The notes: generated by a model not told the origin, from the letters alone. Shown: positions 1 through 12,380, counted from the stretch's first letter. The stretch is DNA of 51,395 nucleotides from Octopus bimaculoides (GCF_001194135.2 NC_068981.1:160548261-160599655), one strand, 5' to 3'. Translations and numbers: made by a program.

Positions 1-462
1 GTTCAGGAATAGAGGAGGTAATATCGTCAGAGGAGAGGTTAGAGAAGAGGGTAGAAGATTCTATATTATTAGTATTATTAACGTTATCATTACCGTCATT
101 GCTATTATTACTATTGTTGTTATTAATTGTACTATTTGTAAGGGTGGTAGAGATTGTGGTGGTGTTCTGGGCAGTGTCAGTAGGATGGGTTGGGTTGTTG
201 TTGTGGTCTAATGTAAGGGTATCTGTACTGGAGCTGTGTGTGTGTGTTGAATGTTCGTATGACTAGAGTTGTAGTTATGTGAGTTTTGATAGTTAAGAGA
301 AAGCTTTTGCTTATTAGAGGCTACTACAATAGATTCGAAGTTGGGTCGGGTAGAATGAGATAGTTTCAGGGTGGATCGATTAAAGATAGAATGATATTTA
401 TGTTACCGAGGGAAGTTAGAGTCTAGTATTTAAAAGAAGAATTTAGCTAAGTTCTTAATGTT
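1..462 (-). mobile_element. Degenerate Penelope-like retroelement (PLE) fragment, RT-thumb/linker region
   Basis: The minus strand reads NIKNLAKFFF*ILDSNFPR, then a frameshift, then KYHSIFNRSTLKLSHSTRPNFESIVVASNKQKL. This resembles the PLE linker motif 'FL.L.D.HFP..H.LH.IFNR.T.K.SYS..PN', followed by an N/T-rich low-complexity tract. Confidence 0.6.
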
Positions 463-1212
463 AAGATATAGCCCCCCCAGATCATCACAGATCCTCCTCC
501 ATGTTTAACAGTTGGAAGATGGCAGTCTGGGTCAAATGCTTCTTTTGGCTGTCTCCACATGTATACTCGACCAGTGGTCAGAAATAAGGTAAAGGATGAC
601 TCGTATGAGAAAATAACATTCTTCCACTGCTCTAGGGACCAGTTCTGTAGGTTTTTACTCCACTCTAAATGCATTACAATGTTTGTTTTTGAAAGTAGTG
701 GTTTTCTGATTGCAGCTCCCCTGTGAAATCTGGCTTTGTGCAGCTCCCAGCAAACAGTTCTTTTGGAAACTGGGTTCCCGAGGTGGTCATTAAGCTCTGC
801 AGTAATTCTGAGAGCTGTTCTTTTGTGATCCTTTCTAACAATTTGCATAAGAGTCCAACAGTCCCTATTTGAAAGTTTTGGTTTTCTTCCAAAGTTTTCT
901 TTCGATGAGGTTTTTCCCTCTTTCTCAGAGGCTGTCATTACTTTTGAGACAGTACTTCTTGATACACCAAACATTTCAGCTGTTTTCATTATGTTAACGC
1001 CTGCCCTACAAGCACCAACAATTTGACCTCTTTGAAAGTCCAATAGATCTGTCATTTTAATGAATTTTAATTACCTTTTTCTGATGATATCTGAAAAGAA
1101 ACAGCAATTTTAGCAAAACATATTAAGTAACACTAATAATAAATCAAAAAACATAAAAGTAAACAAGCTTTTGACAGTTTTATAGATATTTCAAAATTAT
1201 GATGCTATGATG

Positions 1213-1220
<8 letters not shown>
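463..1220 (-). mobile_element. Truncated Tc1/mariner element (copy 1), transposase pseudogene covering the N-terminal HTH domains to the GGSVMIWG motif
   Basis: ORF 447..1055(-) has Tc1 motifs ([40 protein letters not shown]). Colinear with the full copy at 16577-17835. The right TIR is lost into a (GT)n tract, and the left end is cut at the PLE junction. Confidence 0.93.
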
Positions 1221-1255
<35 letters not shown>

Positions 1256-1854
1256 AATATAGAAATATGATACTTGGAATAAGTTGATGGCCATTGTTCA
1301 GGTGTTTTTTAAATGTTATTCTTTAATTATCATTTATGTCAGGAACTTCACTAATCTGGGATTTATTAATCCAGCAACTTCAATGGCTCAAGATAATAAT
1401 CTAAAGAAGTCATTAGTTTGCAGGACAGCTACTGTGTCACAGTACAATCTTATGATCAAACCACTTTGCCATGTGTTTTCACATAAATGTGTGTGTGTGT
1501 GTTTGTGTGAGTGAATACAAACACACACACGCTGGACTGGTTTCAGTTTCCATTGACCAAATCCACTCATAAAACTTTATCCCCACAAGGCTATAGTAGA
1601 AGACACTTGCCCAAGGTACCATACAATGAGACAGAACCTGGAATATGTATGGTCCCAAGATTGTCAGTTCGACATTTATTATCCAAGTAATTTCATTATG
1701 AATATTACTTTAGTGAACTTAGAAATCTCTATTTAAAGAGCATTTTTTTCCCCCCTTAATAAATAAAGGTGTTTTTATAATATTGATACAGGTACTCAAT
1801 AAAAACATGAACATCATATTGTCTACATGAAGTATTTATATTCCAATCTTCTCT

Positions 1855-2060
1855 AATGTTGTTTAGCCCAGGTCTGCTCTGATCAGATGACCCTATAATG
1901 AAATGCATGCTACCTGTGACAATTCTGTTTTTATAAAGACTGTTTTTTCCAGTAAAATATTAATTTTTTTTTTCTTTTTAAAGAAAATAAATCATTAGAG
2001 TGTGATTTAAGAGAGCTTTGGCTGCTGTTTCTGGCAAATTTTCAATCCCATAAAGGTTCC
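1855..2060 (+). mobile_element. Additional interspersed repeat family ('family E'), unclassified SINE-like
   Basis: The motifs TTTAGCCCCAGGTC.GC.CTGATC and TAGAGTGTGATTT.AG.GAG.TTTGGCTGCT.TTTCT recur at about 8875-8920, 20815-20880, 23230-23330(-), 28580-28750, 39400-39510(-), 43200-43400(-), 45580-45790(-) and 49990-50190(-). Confidence 0.65.
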
Positions 2061-2614
2061 TTCGGTTGTTTATTCTCAGTGTTGCTTGTAAAATTTGCTT
2101 TTGTAGCATAATGAAGCTTCTCTTGAAATGCTGTCATTGTTTTGGAAATGATGATTATTGATATTGTAAAGATAATTAATTCCAAAGTGTAATCTGAAAC
2201 AGCTTTCTTAAAATTGAAGAATAATTCTATTTGAACTAAAAGTGACTGGAACCATGAATATACACAGAAATATTCTTACTTCAATACTAGGATAGTTCCT
2301 CCTCAATGCCAGCTGTGGAAATCCAGATGTGATTGTTTACACTTCAAACTAAATTGGGTTATTCACATGGAAACATGAACTTAGTTTAGCTTCATAGCAG
2401 AGCTTTGCTCCTCGTTTATTTATCTATTTATTTTACCTCTGTCAGAATTGGGTAGTTAGAATCAATGCTGAGGTTGACACCATTATGCTACTTATGTTGT
2501 TGTTGCTGTTGTTGTTATTGTAGTTGCCGTTGTCATTAGCAGTGTTATTTTTCACTTTGAAAATCAGTTTTAGATAACTATGCCAGAAAGAATATTACTG
2601 TTATTATTATTTAA

Positions 2615-2622
<8 letters not shown>

Positions 2623-2677
<55 letters not shown>

Positions 2678-2863
2678 CCTTTCTACTATAGGCATAAGGC
2701 CTGGATTTTTGAACAGAGAGGGACAATCGATCACATCGACCCCAGTATTTCACTGGTACTTAATTTGTCAACCCTGATCTTGGTGGAATTTGAACTCAGA
2801 ATGTAGCAACTGGCAAAATGCTGCTAAGCATTTCATGCTAACAATTCTGCCAGCTTGTTGCCT
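2623..2863 (-). mobile_element. tRNA-derived SINE ('family D', Meta-domain-like core) with (ATT)n tail
   Basis: On the minus strand: A-box-like TGGCAGAATTG, B-box-like GAGTTCAAATTCC and an (ATT)n tail. Flanked by a 15-bp direct repeat TATTTAAAATAATAA (2608-2622 / 2864-2878). Related copies lie at about 4405-4580(+), 7660-7850(+), 18960-19085(+), 27498-27862(-), 35950-36125(-), 42985-43130(-), 45020-45200(-), 45225-45438(-) and 48335-48465(-). Confidence 0.85.
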
Positions 2864-4036
2864 TATTTAAAATAATAACAACAACAACAACAACAACAAC
2901 AATAATAATAATAATCATAATAATAATAATCATCAGTGTTCTTCAGCATTGCTGAAATCTTGTTTGGAAAACATTTTAAAAAATATAATAACTAAATAAG
3001 TAAATAAAAGCCACCTCAAACTTTAATATTAGAAGGGGAGTAGGAAACTGGTGCTTATAATACACTGGAGAACTACTGTCAAATGTGTAGTGATATGTGA
3101 ATGTAATCAGAGAAATTAAGTGAGAAAGCAGGGAAGTGGGCAAGGAAGTAAAAAAAAAAGGGGCAAGCAGTCTATCTTGAATGTAATGCTCTAGCATGGC
3201 CTTTGTCATGATGGCTAAAGTGAACTAAAGAACCTATCATTATGATATCTGAAAATGGTAAAGAAATGTTTGTGTAAATGTAGTTGTTTATAAATGTGTG
3301 TACAGAGATGCACTGCTTGTAATATCAATATGCTTGAAAAGTTGGCTGCCAATCCAAAGACGTTTCTCCCTGCCTTTCTTTTTCTTTTCTTTTTCTTTTT
3401 TTCTTTTAATCACTAACTAACTCTCTGTTCCTCTTTCCCCACACCTTATGTTCCTTCTATTATTGGGAAGAGAAAGGTAGTAACAAGGAACATACAGAAG
3501 TAACTTTTATATGGCCCCTCTGATAACAACTCTTCCTTGTTTACATTTTCAACTTGCTTACATTAATACTAAGGTAGCTATAATTGTATGCACGCTACGC
3601 TCTGTGTGTCCCCTTTTCTCTCTTATATTTAGCGTTTATCTCATAAAAGTATTTTATTTTTTGTTGTTCTTTCTTCATATTATTTTACAGCCCCAAATAA
3701 ATTATCTATAATAGAACATGATTTTAAGAATTATATCTACTTATATGAGAGAGTATACAAGTAGATATAAGAAAATTCACTCTTTTTGTTTGCATTCTTT
3801 TTATATACCAAATATTTTGCTTTTATTCTGATTTTTTTTTTACTGGTTTCACTAATTAAAAATGTGGTCATACTGGGGCACCACTTACAAGAGGTTTTAG
3901 TCAGTCGTATTAACCTCAGTACTTATTTCAGTTCAGTACTATTTTATCAATCTTTTTATCAAATACTTTAGTTACCTTTTGATTTAAAGAGGGAAAGAGA
4001 TTCAACATTATATACATGAACACATGCTCATGCACA

Positions 4037-4084
<48 letters not shown>

Positions 4085-4153
4085 GGGCTTCTACAGTTTC
4101 TATCTAACTAATTCCGCTCAAAAAGTGCTAATAAAACTGAGCTACAGTAGAAG

Positions 4154-4271
4154 ACACTTGTCCAAAGTACACTTGTCCAAAGTAAACTTGTCCAAAGTAC
4201 ACTTGTCCAAAGTACACTTGTCCAAAGTACACTTGTCCAAAGTGCACTTGTCTAAAGTACACTTGTCCAAA
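4154..4271. repeat. 15-bp minisatellite (ACACTTGTCCAAAGT) x ~8 inside a minus-strand SINE head
   Basis: Eight adjacent units read directly, two with substitutions. They produce the HLSKV repeat in ORF 4083..4313. Confidence 0.97.
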
Positions 4272-4836
4272 TCTAACTTCTTAGTCATGCAGCCATACCT
4301 GCCTATTTTTTAGATGTCCTCATCTTCAGAGAGACAGAAGGACATATAGACATTGCTATTGCTTGTAAAGAAGTAAACTGAAAGATTTAAAATGTTGTCG
4401 CCTTTTGATTGGACAATTTGTAGAGCACTGGATAAAATACTTTGCAGTTATGTGCCTTCACATTCTGAGTTCAAATTCTACGTGAGTCAACTTTGCCTTT
4501 CATCCTCTTGGCATTGATAGAATAAGTTTAAGTACCAGTCAAGTACTGGAAGTTGATATACTTGTGCCAATGTTAAAAATCAATAATACTGCCTAGTAAA
4601 TAGTAATGATATAGTTTCCTCTTTATTTGAAGTTGAAATTCTATCTTAAACAGCTTGGAGGTGGAGATGGTTCAGTTATATTGATTACACTCATCACATA
4701 AACAAAGTACTAAAGCTCCCATTTTACTAAAACAGCAATTGATTTCACCTAATTAAACCTCTGTTGTTCATAAAGATAATGCATTGGTGGACTCACACTA
4801 TTGTATCTTCTTACAGGTCAAATTAAATGTCTAAAT

Positions 4837-5594
4837 CTGTGGTTCTCAACCAAGGTTCATATGATCCTTGAGGGTCCATATAATATGTTGTTAAAATTTG
4901 TCTGCAATAAATTGGTTATATTTCTACAATCTTAATTTTTTTTTACACAAGTTCTAATAATATTTAATTATAAAAATACTAGTTTAAAAGCCATACTCCA
5001 TGTGGACTTTTAAGCTAGCTGCTACAGAGGACTAATTGGGTCTGCAGCCCAAAACCAAATAGAGCTAAATAGCATGACTATAATACATGTATAATGACTA
5101 TATGCCCTGGTGGTGTTTGATCAGAGGTTAAGGACGGATGAGAATTAATTCTGTAATGCAATCCTTCTAATTTTCCAGTCCCAAGTTGAATTCTAACTAT
5201 TGGTCAATTTGTCCCAAAGTTCTTATTGTGATGTAAAATTATCTCCCCCTTGATCTCTGACATCATCTGACAAATGCCAACCAAGCTGGTGTGAATCAGC
5301 CAAGCTTTACCTGTTAGAAATAGCAACTCAAATGCTTTTAAATCAGATCCCAATGCTGGATATTCAAGAACCAAATGAAGGGCAGATTTTCAATCCTAGG
5401 ATCATTCTCATTCCAAAAAGGTATAATATATCTATGTAGAGCAAATGTAGACTGAGATACAGGGTTCCTAGATGGACAGTCAGAATCTCACTTTTATAAT
5501 TATAGATAATGTGAACTTTTAAGCATTGAATAGCTGGGATGTTTAACGTGAGTAAAATAGGGGTCCATAGGTAAAAAATGGTTGAGAAACACTG
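4837..5594. mobile_element. hAT (Charlie-like) non-autonomous element, apparently interrupted internally
   Basis: TIRs CTGTGGTTCTCAACC / GGTTGAGAAACACTG and a perfect 8-bp TSD GTCTAAAT (4829-4836, 5595-5602). Confidence 0.85.
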
Positions 5595-6254
5595 GTCTAA
5601 ATAATCACTACATTTTGTAGTAGGAAGCAAGGGTACAGAGAAATTATGTTAAAACAGATGTATGTGGGAAGGATAGTATGGTTAAGAAGTTTGTTTCATA
5701 CCCATGAATTCCATATTCAGTCTCATATTTCTTATAACCTTGAGTCAACCCAAACCTCCTTAGTGAAACTGGGTTGGCAGGAACATGCGTGTGCGTATGT
5801 GTATTTATATAATTATCTGCAAGGAAAATAATTTACATAATTATTCACAAGGAAGTGAGAAAATCATTTTATTACATAGATTTACAATTGTTTCATCAAT
5901 ATGTGATCTCAAGTGTGTTACTATATTATTATATAATATATGCAACTATAGATTCCTGAGGTACCATTATACTGATACAATTGGATGTCAGCTCGTTGAC
6001 ATTATATATAAAATCCATATTTACAAATTTTCAGAAATATGATCTGTAAAACAATCAGTCTCTGATTTAAAGTCATATTTGATAACCTGTACCTGTTGAT
6101 GAGCTTAAAAGGAGTCAACTCCAGAGTCAAAACCCAATATATATGTATGTATGTATGTATCATTATCATCATCTTAACATCTACCTTTCTATGCTCACAT
6201 ATGTTGGATGGAAATTTGTTGAGGTAAATTTTCTATAGCTAGATGCCCTTCCTG

Positions 6255-6690
6255 GTATACTGTCTTGCGATTTGTAACACTTCATGCCTCTGGTCCCCAC
6301 ACTGTAGAACATTGGAAAAGCCCTTCCTTTCTGCTTCTCCACTTGCTAAATAGATCTGTCTCCTATTCTCTCTTCTAGCTAGCTGATAGAGTTCTCTACT
6401 ACTCCAATTCTTCCAGTCTTTCCAAGCCTATCTCTTCACTTTTATGGCTCTGTTTACGTCACTGTTCCACCACCACATCAACCTCTGCCTGGCAGAAACT
6501 TTGTACTAAACACAACTTTGGTCTGTCACCTTCACTAGATTGTCCAATGAGAACTTCTAGTTGTTCTCATTGTTATACATTTCTATCTCCTCCTCTATTT
6601 TGTCAAACACTTCAATAAGAATTCTCAATCTCTAACTATTCAGTGACTCTTCAAGATTCCATACCTTCCTTGTCCAGACTGGTTTGTATC
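6255..6690 (-). mobile_element. RTE-like LINE ORF fragment (endonuclease-RT linker)
   Basis: The minus strand reads ...WWWNSDVNRAIKVKR*AWKDWKNWSSRELYQLARRENRRQIYLASGEAE..., the typical 'WWN..V..AI..K..A.K.W' linker, interrupted by stops. Confidence 0.75.
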
Positions 6691-6695
6691 TATAA

Positions 6696-6759
<64 letters not shown>

Positions 6760-7015
6760 TTGTTATGTGTTGGATACTATGGCTGGCCATACCCCCAAAA
6801 AATCATTTTATGATGTAACAAAAGGCATATGTCAGCATGACCAGTAAACTCTCTAAACACCTGTTGCAAGTAGCATACATTGTTGTCACATCTGTGCAAA
6901 AGTAAGTCCCTAGCAGGCCTCAAGTGCCTCATCCATGCTGCACATGTCTTTAAAAGACAATAAAGCAATAGCATTGCTCAAGATTGAAGTGCAGCCATTG
7001 GGCACAACTTTTTTA

Positions 7016-7163
7016 GGTGCAGGTGTGACTGTATGGTAAGATGCTTCCCAACTGCATGGTTCCAGGTTCAGTACTGCTGTATGGCAACTTGAGTCTTCTA
7101 TAATAGAATCCTGGGCTGACCAAACCTTGAGTGGATTTGATAGACAGAAACTGAAAGAAGCCC

Positions 7164-7199
<36 letters not shown>

Positions 7200-7412
7200 T
7201 TCCCCATCACTGTTCAACAACCAATGTTGGTTTGTTTACATCCCTATAACTTAGCAGTTTAGCAAAAAGAACCTGATAGACTAAGTACCAGGCTTTAAAA
7301 AATCAGTACTAGGATCAACTTGTGCAACTAAATCCCTTCAAGGTAGTACCCAAGCATGACTTTAGTCTAATGACTTTAGTCTAATGACTGAAACAGATAA
7401 AAGAATAAAAGA
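7016..7412 (+). mobile_element. Bipartite tRNA-derived SINE (head A + (TG)n + body B)
   Basis: tRNA-like head (GTGTGACTGTATGGTAAG...GGTTCAGT), then TTGA..CTTCTATAATAG...GAAACTGAAAGAAGCCC, (TG)n, and a body ending GACTGAAACAGATAAAAG. Other complete copies lie at about 19738-20135(-), 23985-24365(-), 28996-29326(+), 41910-42240(+) and 43988-44435(-). Many head-only or body-only copies also occur (about 1535-1650, 3830-3960, 15425-15582, 18115-18280, 21580-21710, 23035-23190, 37165-37320, 37725-37880, 44700-44945). Confidence 0.88.
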
Positions 7413-8959
7413 ATATGCATATAGCTTTAAGACTCTTAAGAGTTATAAAAATTCCCTTCTGTCATTTTCATTATTTCGATTTTTATAAAATGTACCTCAC
7501 TGTTTTTCCTTCTTTTATATTCATTTTATTCATTTTTGCTGACCAGCTGGAACACTAGCAGCTTTTTAGCCTCAGACCAGCCATAATAAGGCAGACACAA
7601 GCACCTTCTACCAAAATTGATAAAATACCAGAGGGAGTACTGTAACCTTGTCCAAAGTTAGAAATCAATCAGAAGAATGTTTGACAAAATACATTGTGAT
7701 ATTTGGTTATATCTCCTTACGTTGTAACTTCAGATATTACTAAGGTTGACTTTGCCTTTTTGTGGTCAATGAAATAAGTACCAGTTAGTTACTTAGATGG
7801 ATTGAATCAGGCATACCTTCTTCCTGAATTAGTGTTCCTGTGCCAATGCAAAAAAAAAAAAAAAAAAAAATCACCTATAGAACACATTATAGTTTCATAC
7901 ATACATATTTACATCTAAATTAATAGTCCAAGATTTATCTCTTTACTTCAGTTTAATTTCTAACCTACATTTCTTCTCCCTTCAAGGAAGGCTCCACTCT
8001 GCTTAACCTTGATTTACTCTGCGTCTGTGTATATGTGTGTGTGTGTGTGTTTGTTTGTTTTGCTTATATTTGATAAATGGCATGTGTTTACTATCAGGTA
8101 ATAAGAGTAGGAGAGTAGAAAATACTGTTTTTCTTCTTACCTAGTGAATTTGATATATTGTTTAAAATAGATCAGCAATATCAGGGTGCTTTCTATTTTT
8201 AGGGTTTGAACAGGATGTTTAAATAGCATCTCTTATGACTATCTAGTTGATCTTCTTTTTTCTTTCAATTGAACTTGTCATTTTGTTTTCAATTTTTGTT
8301 TCCATTTAAAATTATTTGCAAACTACTATAATTTTGCATTAAATTCGTCAAACATTTAAAGATGGTGATGTCACTCATTTAATTGATGATGATGATGGAG
8401 GTGGGGGTGATTGATGATGATGGTGATTGTGTTGTTGCTGCTGCTGTTGTTGTTGTTCAGCCCCAGGCCAGCCTTGTTTAAGCCACTTATGTTCTATGAT
8501 TGTACAACACCATAAATACCAATCTTTATCCAGTATGACAGAGCAATAGTTACAGGACAAAAGGCACAACAACTTGTAACTGCACATACATGGGCAACAC
8601 TCTGAAACTATTGATTTAGATAATATAAAGACTTAGATTGAAGCATTTCCTCTTGAACAGCTCCAAAGCTGAAAATAATTTACCTTTTCAGTCTACTCTG
8701 ATATAATTTTCAGATTTGATGAGAAAGAAGTAACTGCATGCAATAAATATATATTCCTTCTATTCTTCTTCCCATTTTCCTCTTTTAACTCTTCCTCTTT
8801 CTCTACTCCCACTTCTGCTTCATCCAGTAATGACCAAAGGATCCTTTTTGTTGTTTGTTTATGTATGTTTGATGTTATTGTTTAGTTCTAGGTTGTCTCT
8901 GATCAAAAGCATGTAACGCCATGATACACACACACACACACATTTTTTCATTCTCGAGT

Positions 8960-9340
8960 GTGATCGTTACCAGCGTCACCTTACTGGCACTTGTGCCAAT
9001 GGCACGGGAAAAAACATTCAAGCGAGGTCATTGCCAGTGCCGCTGGACTGGCTCCTGTGCAGGTGGCACGTAAAAAACACCATTTGAACATGGCCGTTCA
9101 AGTGAGGTCGTTGAACGAGGTTGTTGCCAGTACCACCTGACTGGCCCTTGTACCAGTGGCACGTAAAAGCACCCATTACACTCTCGGAGTGGTTGGCATT
9201 AGGAAGAGCATCCAGCTGTAGAAACTCTGCCAGCTCAGATTGGAGCCTGGTGCAGCCATCTGGTTCGCCAGTCCTCAGTCCAACCCATGCCAGAATGGAA
9301 AGCGGACGTTAAAGGATGATGATGATGATGATAATGACGA
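8960..9340 (+). mobile_element. RTE-type LINE/SINE 3' end with three ~65-bp tandem units and (GAT)n tail
   Basis: Shares the 3' UTR with 15583-16213 (…GGCATTAGGAAGAGCATCCAGCTGTAGAAA…CAACCCATGCCAG.ATGGAAAGCGGACGTTAAA.GATGATGAT). Other copies lie at about 18770-18960, 21390-21575, 31500-31640, 33960-34160, 38070-38250(-), 42241-42590(-) and 46450-46760(-). Confidence 0.8.
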
Positions 9341-9686
9341 CAATGACAATTCAGACATAGTGTATCTAGAATTACACTATCCAATGTATACTTAATGATG
9401 ATAGGTTAGAATTTGAGGGAGATTTGGTTACAATTTCTAGAAAGTTGAATAACCACATGGCTGCATTGGTTTTGATGGGGCTGATGGGTTGTTACTATTT
9501 TTTTATCCACATACACACATACAACTGAGCTTTAATCCGACCAATATGATTATATTCCAGCCATGGCTATCCAATATTTTTTCTTCCCTAAACATAATGT
9601 ATCTCAGACTCCCTTACTTTCTGTATCCTTTTTTTGTCTTCAACACAGTTGAGTGCAAAAGATTTGTATCAGAGGGTGATTAAGAT

Positions 9687-9865
9687 CAGTGCTCCGCAAC
9701 TGGTATGCCATGGCACACTGATGTGCCGTGAGACAATGCTAAGTGTGCCGCAGCATAAACTGAATATCATTTTTTTTCCTGATACTTTTAGTTCAGGTGT
9801 GCTGTCGAATTTTGAAAAAAATATAAGTGTACTGCAAGTAAAAGAAAAAAGGTTGCAGAGCACTG
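9687..9865. mobile_element. hAT (Charlie-like) MITE, 179 bp
   Basis: TIRs CAGTGCTCCGCAACT / GGTTGCAGAGCACTG. 8-bp TSD ATTAAGAT (9679-86) / ATTTAGAT (9866-73), 7/8 identical. Confidence 0.85.
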
Positions 9866-11461
9866 ATTTAGATGCTATTTCTCTGTTTGAAATCACATGG
9901 TTCCAGGTTTGATTCTACTGCACTGCACCTGAAATCAATCAGTGGAACGTTTGCACTTGAAATTGGGGAGACAGAAACTGCAAAAGCCTGTTAGCTGGAC
10001 TGTTTTTGCCCCTGAATAGTGGATTTAATTTATCCCTTGGTTTAACACCACCTCATAACTTTTAGTGCCTTTAGCAGTATCATCTTTGTTGCAAGTATTC
10101 AAATCAGGTTTCTGATTTGAGGATAACTCAATATTTTGATGTACTGCTTCCTAATACAGTAATGCTTAAATCATAGTTTCTTCCTCTCTTTCCTCTACAC
10201 TTTCAAAGGCCTTACAGAAAAGTTCTTGGATGTTGTCTTGTAGCTAAACCATTGAAAAAAACAGAAAGAAACACCCTAGTAGAGTGAGAAATACTAGCAT
10301 TCTGTAAATTTGCCAATTTGTACCACAAATCATTGCATTCAGTCAAAGCTTGATGCCAAAGACATTCCTTTTGTAATAACATGTTCATTACAAAAGGAAG
10401 GTAGTTACAAACCTTGTTTATGTGTAACAGATTATGTGACAACTGAGAGATAATGTAACTAGTATAGGATTTTAAAGATTTGGCACTAACATTTCCGTGC
10501 TAAAACTATTCCACAGGTGACATAGGCAATCTTGCTTAGTTGACAGTGTACTAACAGTTCTTAGAAGCTTCTCTCTCTCTCCTCTTAACTTGAGTAAATG
10601 ATAATTTTACATTGTTTTTCTTACAGTGTGTGTGTGTGTGTGTGTGTGGAAAGCAAGGCAGACAGGCATTAAATTAACTTCATTTAGAATTGATTCTCTT
10701 TCTAATAAGTAGGAAGCACAATAATTTTGACAATGATTTTAAAAGTCATGAAAATCTATATTGGAGCTACATAACCAGTATTTTCTTTCATTTGTTCTAT
10801 TCAATCAATTTTTTTTTCTTTTTCTTTTTCTTTTTTTTTAGTTCTGTAGTCCTGCTTTTAGAACAAACCACTTCCATTTAGAATTAGCAACTGTCCAAAT
10901 TAAAAATGGATAAGCTTTAACATGGCATCCAAAAAATTATATTCTGATCATCATATTCGATATTCGGACATTGCTATGGTGATTATTTTGCAGGTTCATT
11001 ATGGATATATTTAGGAAGGAAAATCAGTAATTCAAATAGCTCTTGATATTGACTTTCGTTGAAACTGATCATCTATTTGCATTTAATATGATAACCATAT
11101 TTTATAATTCATCTTCCCATTTGCAGTTAAAGATCAATATCTGTCAAGCGCATTAATTTATAATGAATGTTTCTTGAATTTATGATTACTTCTAATGCTC
11201 TGTAATGTTACATAATGCTTCACTGTTCCAGATATGCTCTCGTTTCATTTTCTTTTATATCATCTGTTCACAAAGAAATCAATGTTTCATTTGCTTCAGA
11301 TTTGCCTGTTCCAAGATTACAAGATTGCTTTTCAACAAATGATTACTCAGTCAGTTAAAAGATAACCAGTTTTTTTTTTTGTCTTGTTTTGTTTTGTTAT
11401 CAAAAGAAATATAGACATGTTTATCAGAATTTTTTTTTTTTTTTTTTTTTTTTTTTTCCAG

Positions 11462-11573
11462 CTACTATGAATTGGATGACACAGATTACAGCTCTATCAA
11501 TAAATACTTGTCTGAATTAGTGGAGAAATGTGTTTACGATTTGAGCCAGTCATACTGCATTGGAATTGATGAG
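11462..11573 (+). CDS. ASCC3: ASCC3 internal coding exon (first found in window), 112 nt, phase 2 to 0: (S)YYELDDTDYSSINKYLSELVEKCVYDLSQSYCIGIDE
   Basis: Long poly-T tract plus CAG acceptor (AG 11460-61) and GTAAAT donor at 11574. The open frame aligns by eye to human ASCC3 'SYYNLGDVSHDSVNKFLSHLIEKSLIELELSYCIEIGE' (recalled). Not in the ORF track because it has no ATG. Confidence 0.93.
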
Positions 11574-11744
11574 GTAAATCCCTTTGAAATGTGGAATTGC
11601 AGTCTGTTTTATAATTAATACTAAATAAATACAACTCTTGTATGTTTTTTACTAATCTTTATTTCTGAAGCTTTGCATACAATATGGACCATTGTTTGCA
11701 TTGTCTGAAATACAAACCAACCAGATTAAAAATATTCTTCATTA

Positions 11745-12365
11745 GTGTTCCACAACAGATGTCAGTATTTTATGCATTGCCTGTGTTTGACAAATATTAC
11801 ATTGTTTGTTTTGCTTTTTACTTGCTAGGACTGGAGGTGGAGGCAGTGCCTTGACTTCTGTAGATCCTCTAAGACCAGTGAAATTGATGTTGTTAATATT
11901 CTGTTTAAATTTTTGCAAGTCACTATCTGCAAAATGAGCAGGAAGGAGATTCCAGAGGGCCAATGTTTTTAGAAGGAATAACTGGGCATAATAGTTTATG
12001 CAGGTCTTGGTGTGAACTGAACACAACAATGGTAATGGGAGATGGAGAAACATGTTTGTTGGGAGTATCTGAATGAAGGAAGTACAAGACCAGTCAACTA
12101 CAAAGAACAGAAGCCATTATAGTAGAGTAGAAAAGACAGAAAGAGGAGATAGCATGCATGTGGGTCAGAGACTGGAGCATGTCTGTGAGTAACTTAATGT
12201 TAGTAGGTCAAGATATAGTCCAAGATGTCTGGGTGCATAGCAGCATACTATCCTAGATGTAGGAGCAATAGTCCATTGCAAGTTTTGCTTTTGTCAGTGA
12301 TTATTAGGGTCTTAAATATTTTCTAGCCTTGAACAGAAGGACTAGCCTTCAGGTTTGGGATGTAG
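11745..12365 (-). mobile_element. CR1/Jockey-group LINE 3' fragment
   Basis: Minus-strand remnants LFKARKYL, MDYCSYI, LQSL...SSFCLFY..YNGFCS and LWNLLPAHFADSDLQKFKQNINNI resemble the C-terminus of CR1-group ORF2. Confidence 0.75.
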
Positions 12366-12380
12366 TCCTAGCTATGTTAA

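Noticed and set aside
4154-4271. CRISPR-like appearance or HLSKV repeat protein (ORF 4083..4313)
   Set aside because: Units are contiguous with no spacers, derive from a SINE segment, and sit in a eukaryotic intron with no cas genes. The peptide repeat is only the translation of a 15-mer.
7016-7100. tRNA genes at SINE heads
   Set aside because: A/B-box-like motifs are present, but no cloverleaf can be completed, and each runs into a shared SINE body.
1-11461. Preceding ASCC3 exon (expected SLL..L.DHLNAEI…DY.TWTYFFRRL..NP)
   Set aside because: I scanned + strand AG…GT candidates by eye and found no such motif. It probably lies upstream of the window, although I may have missed it.
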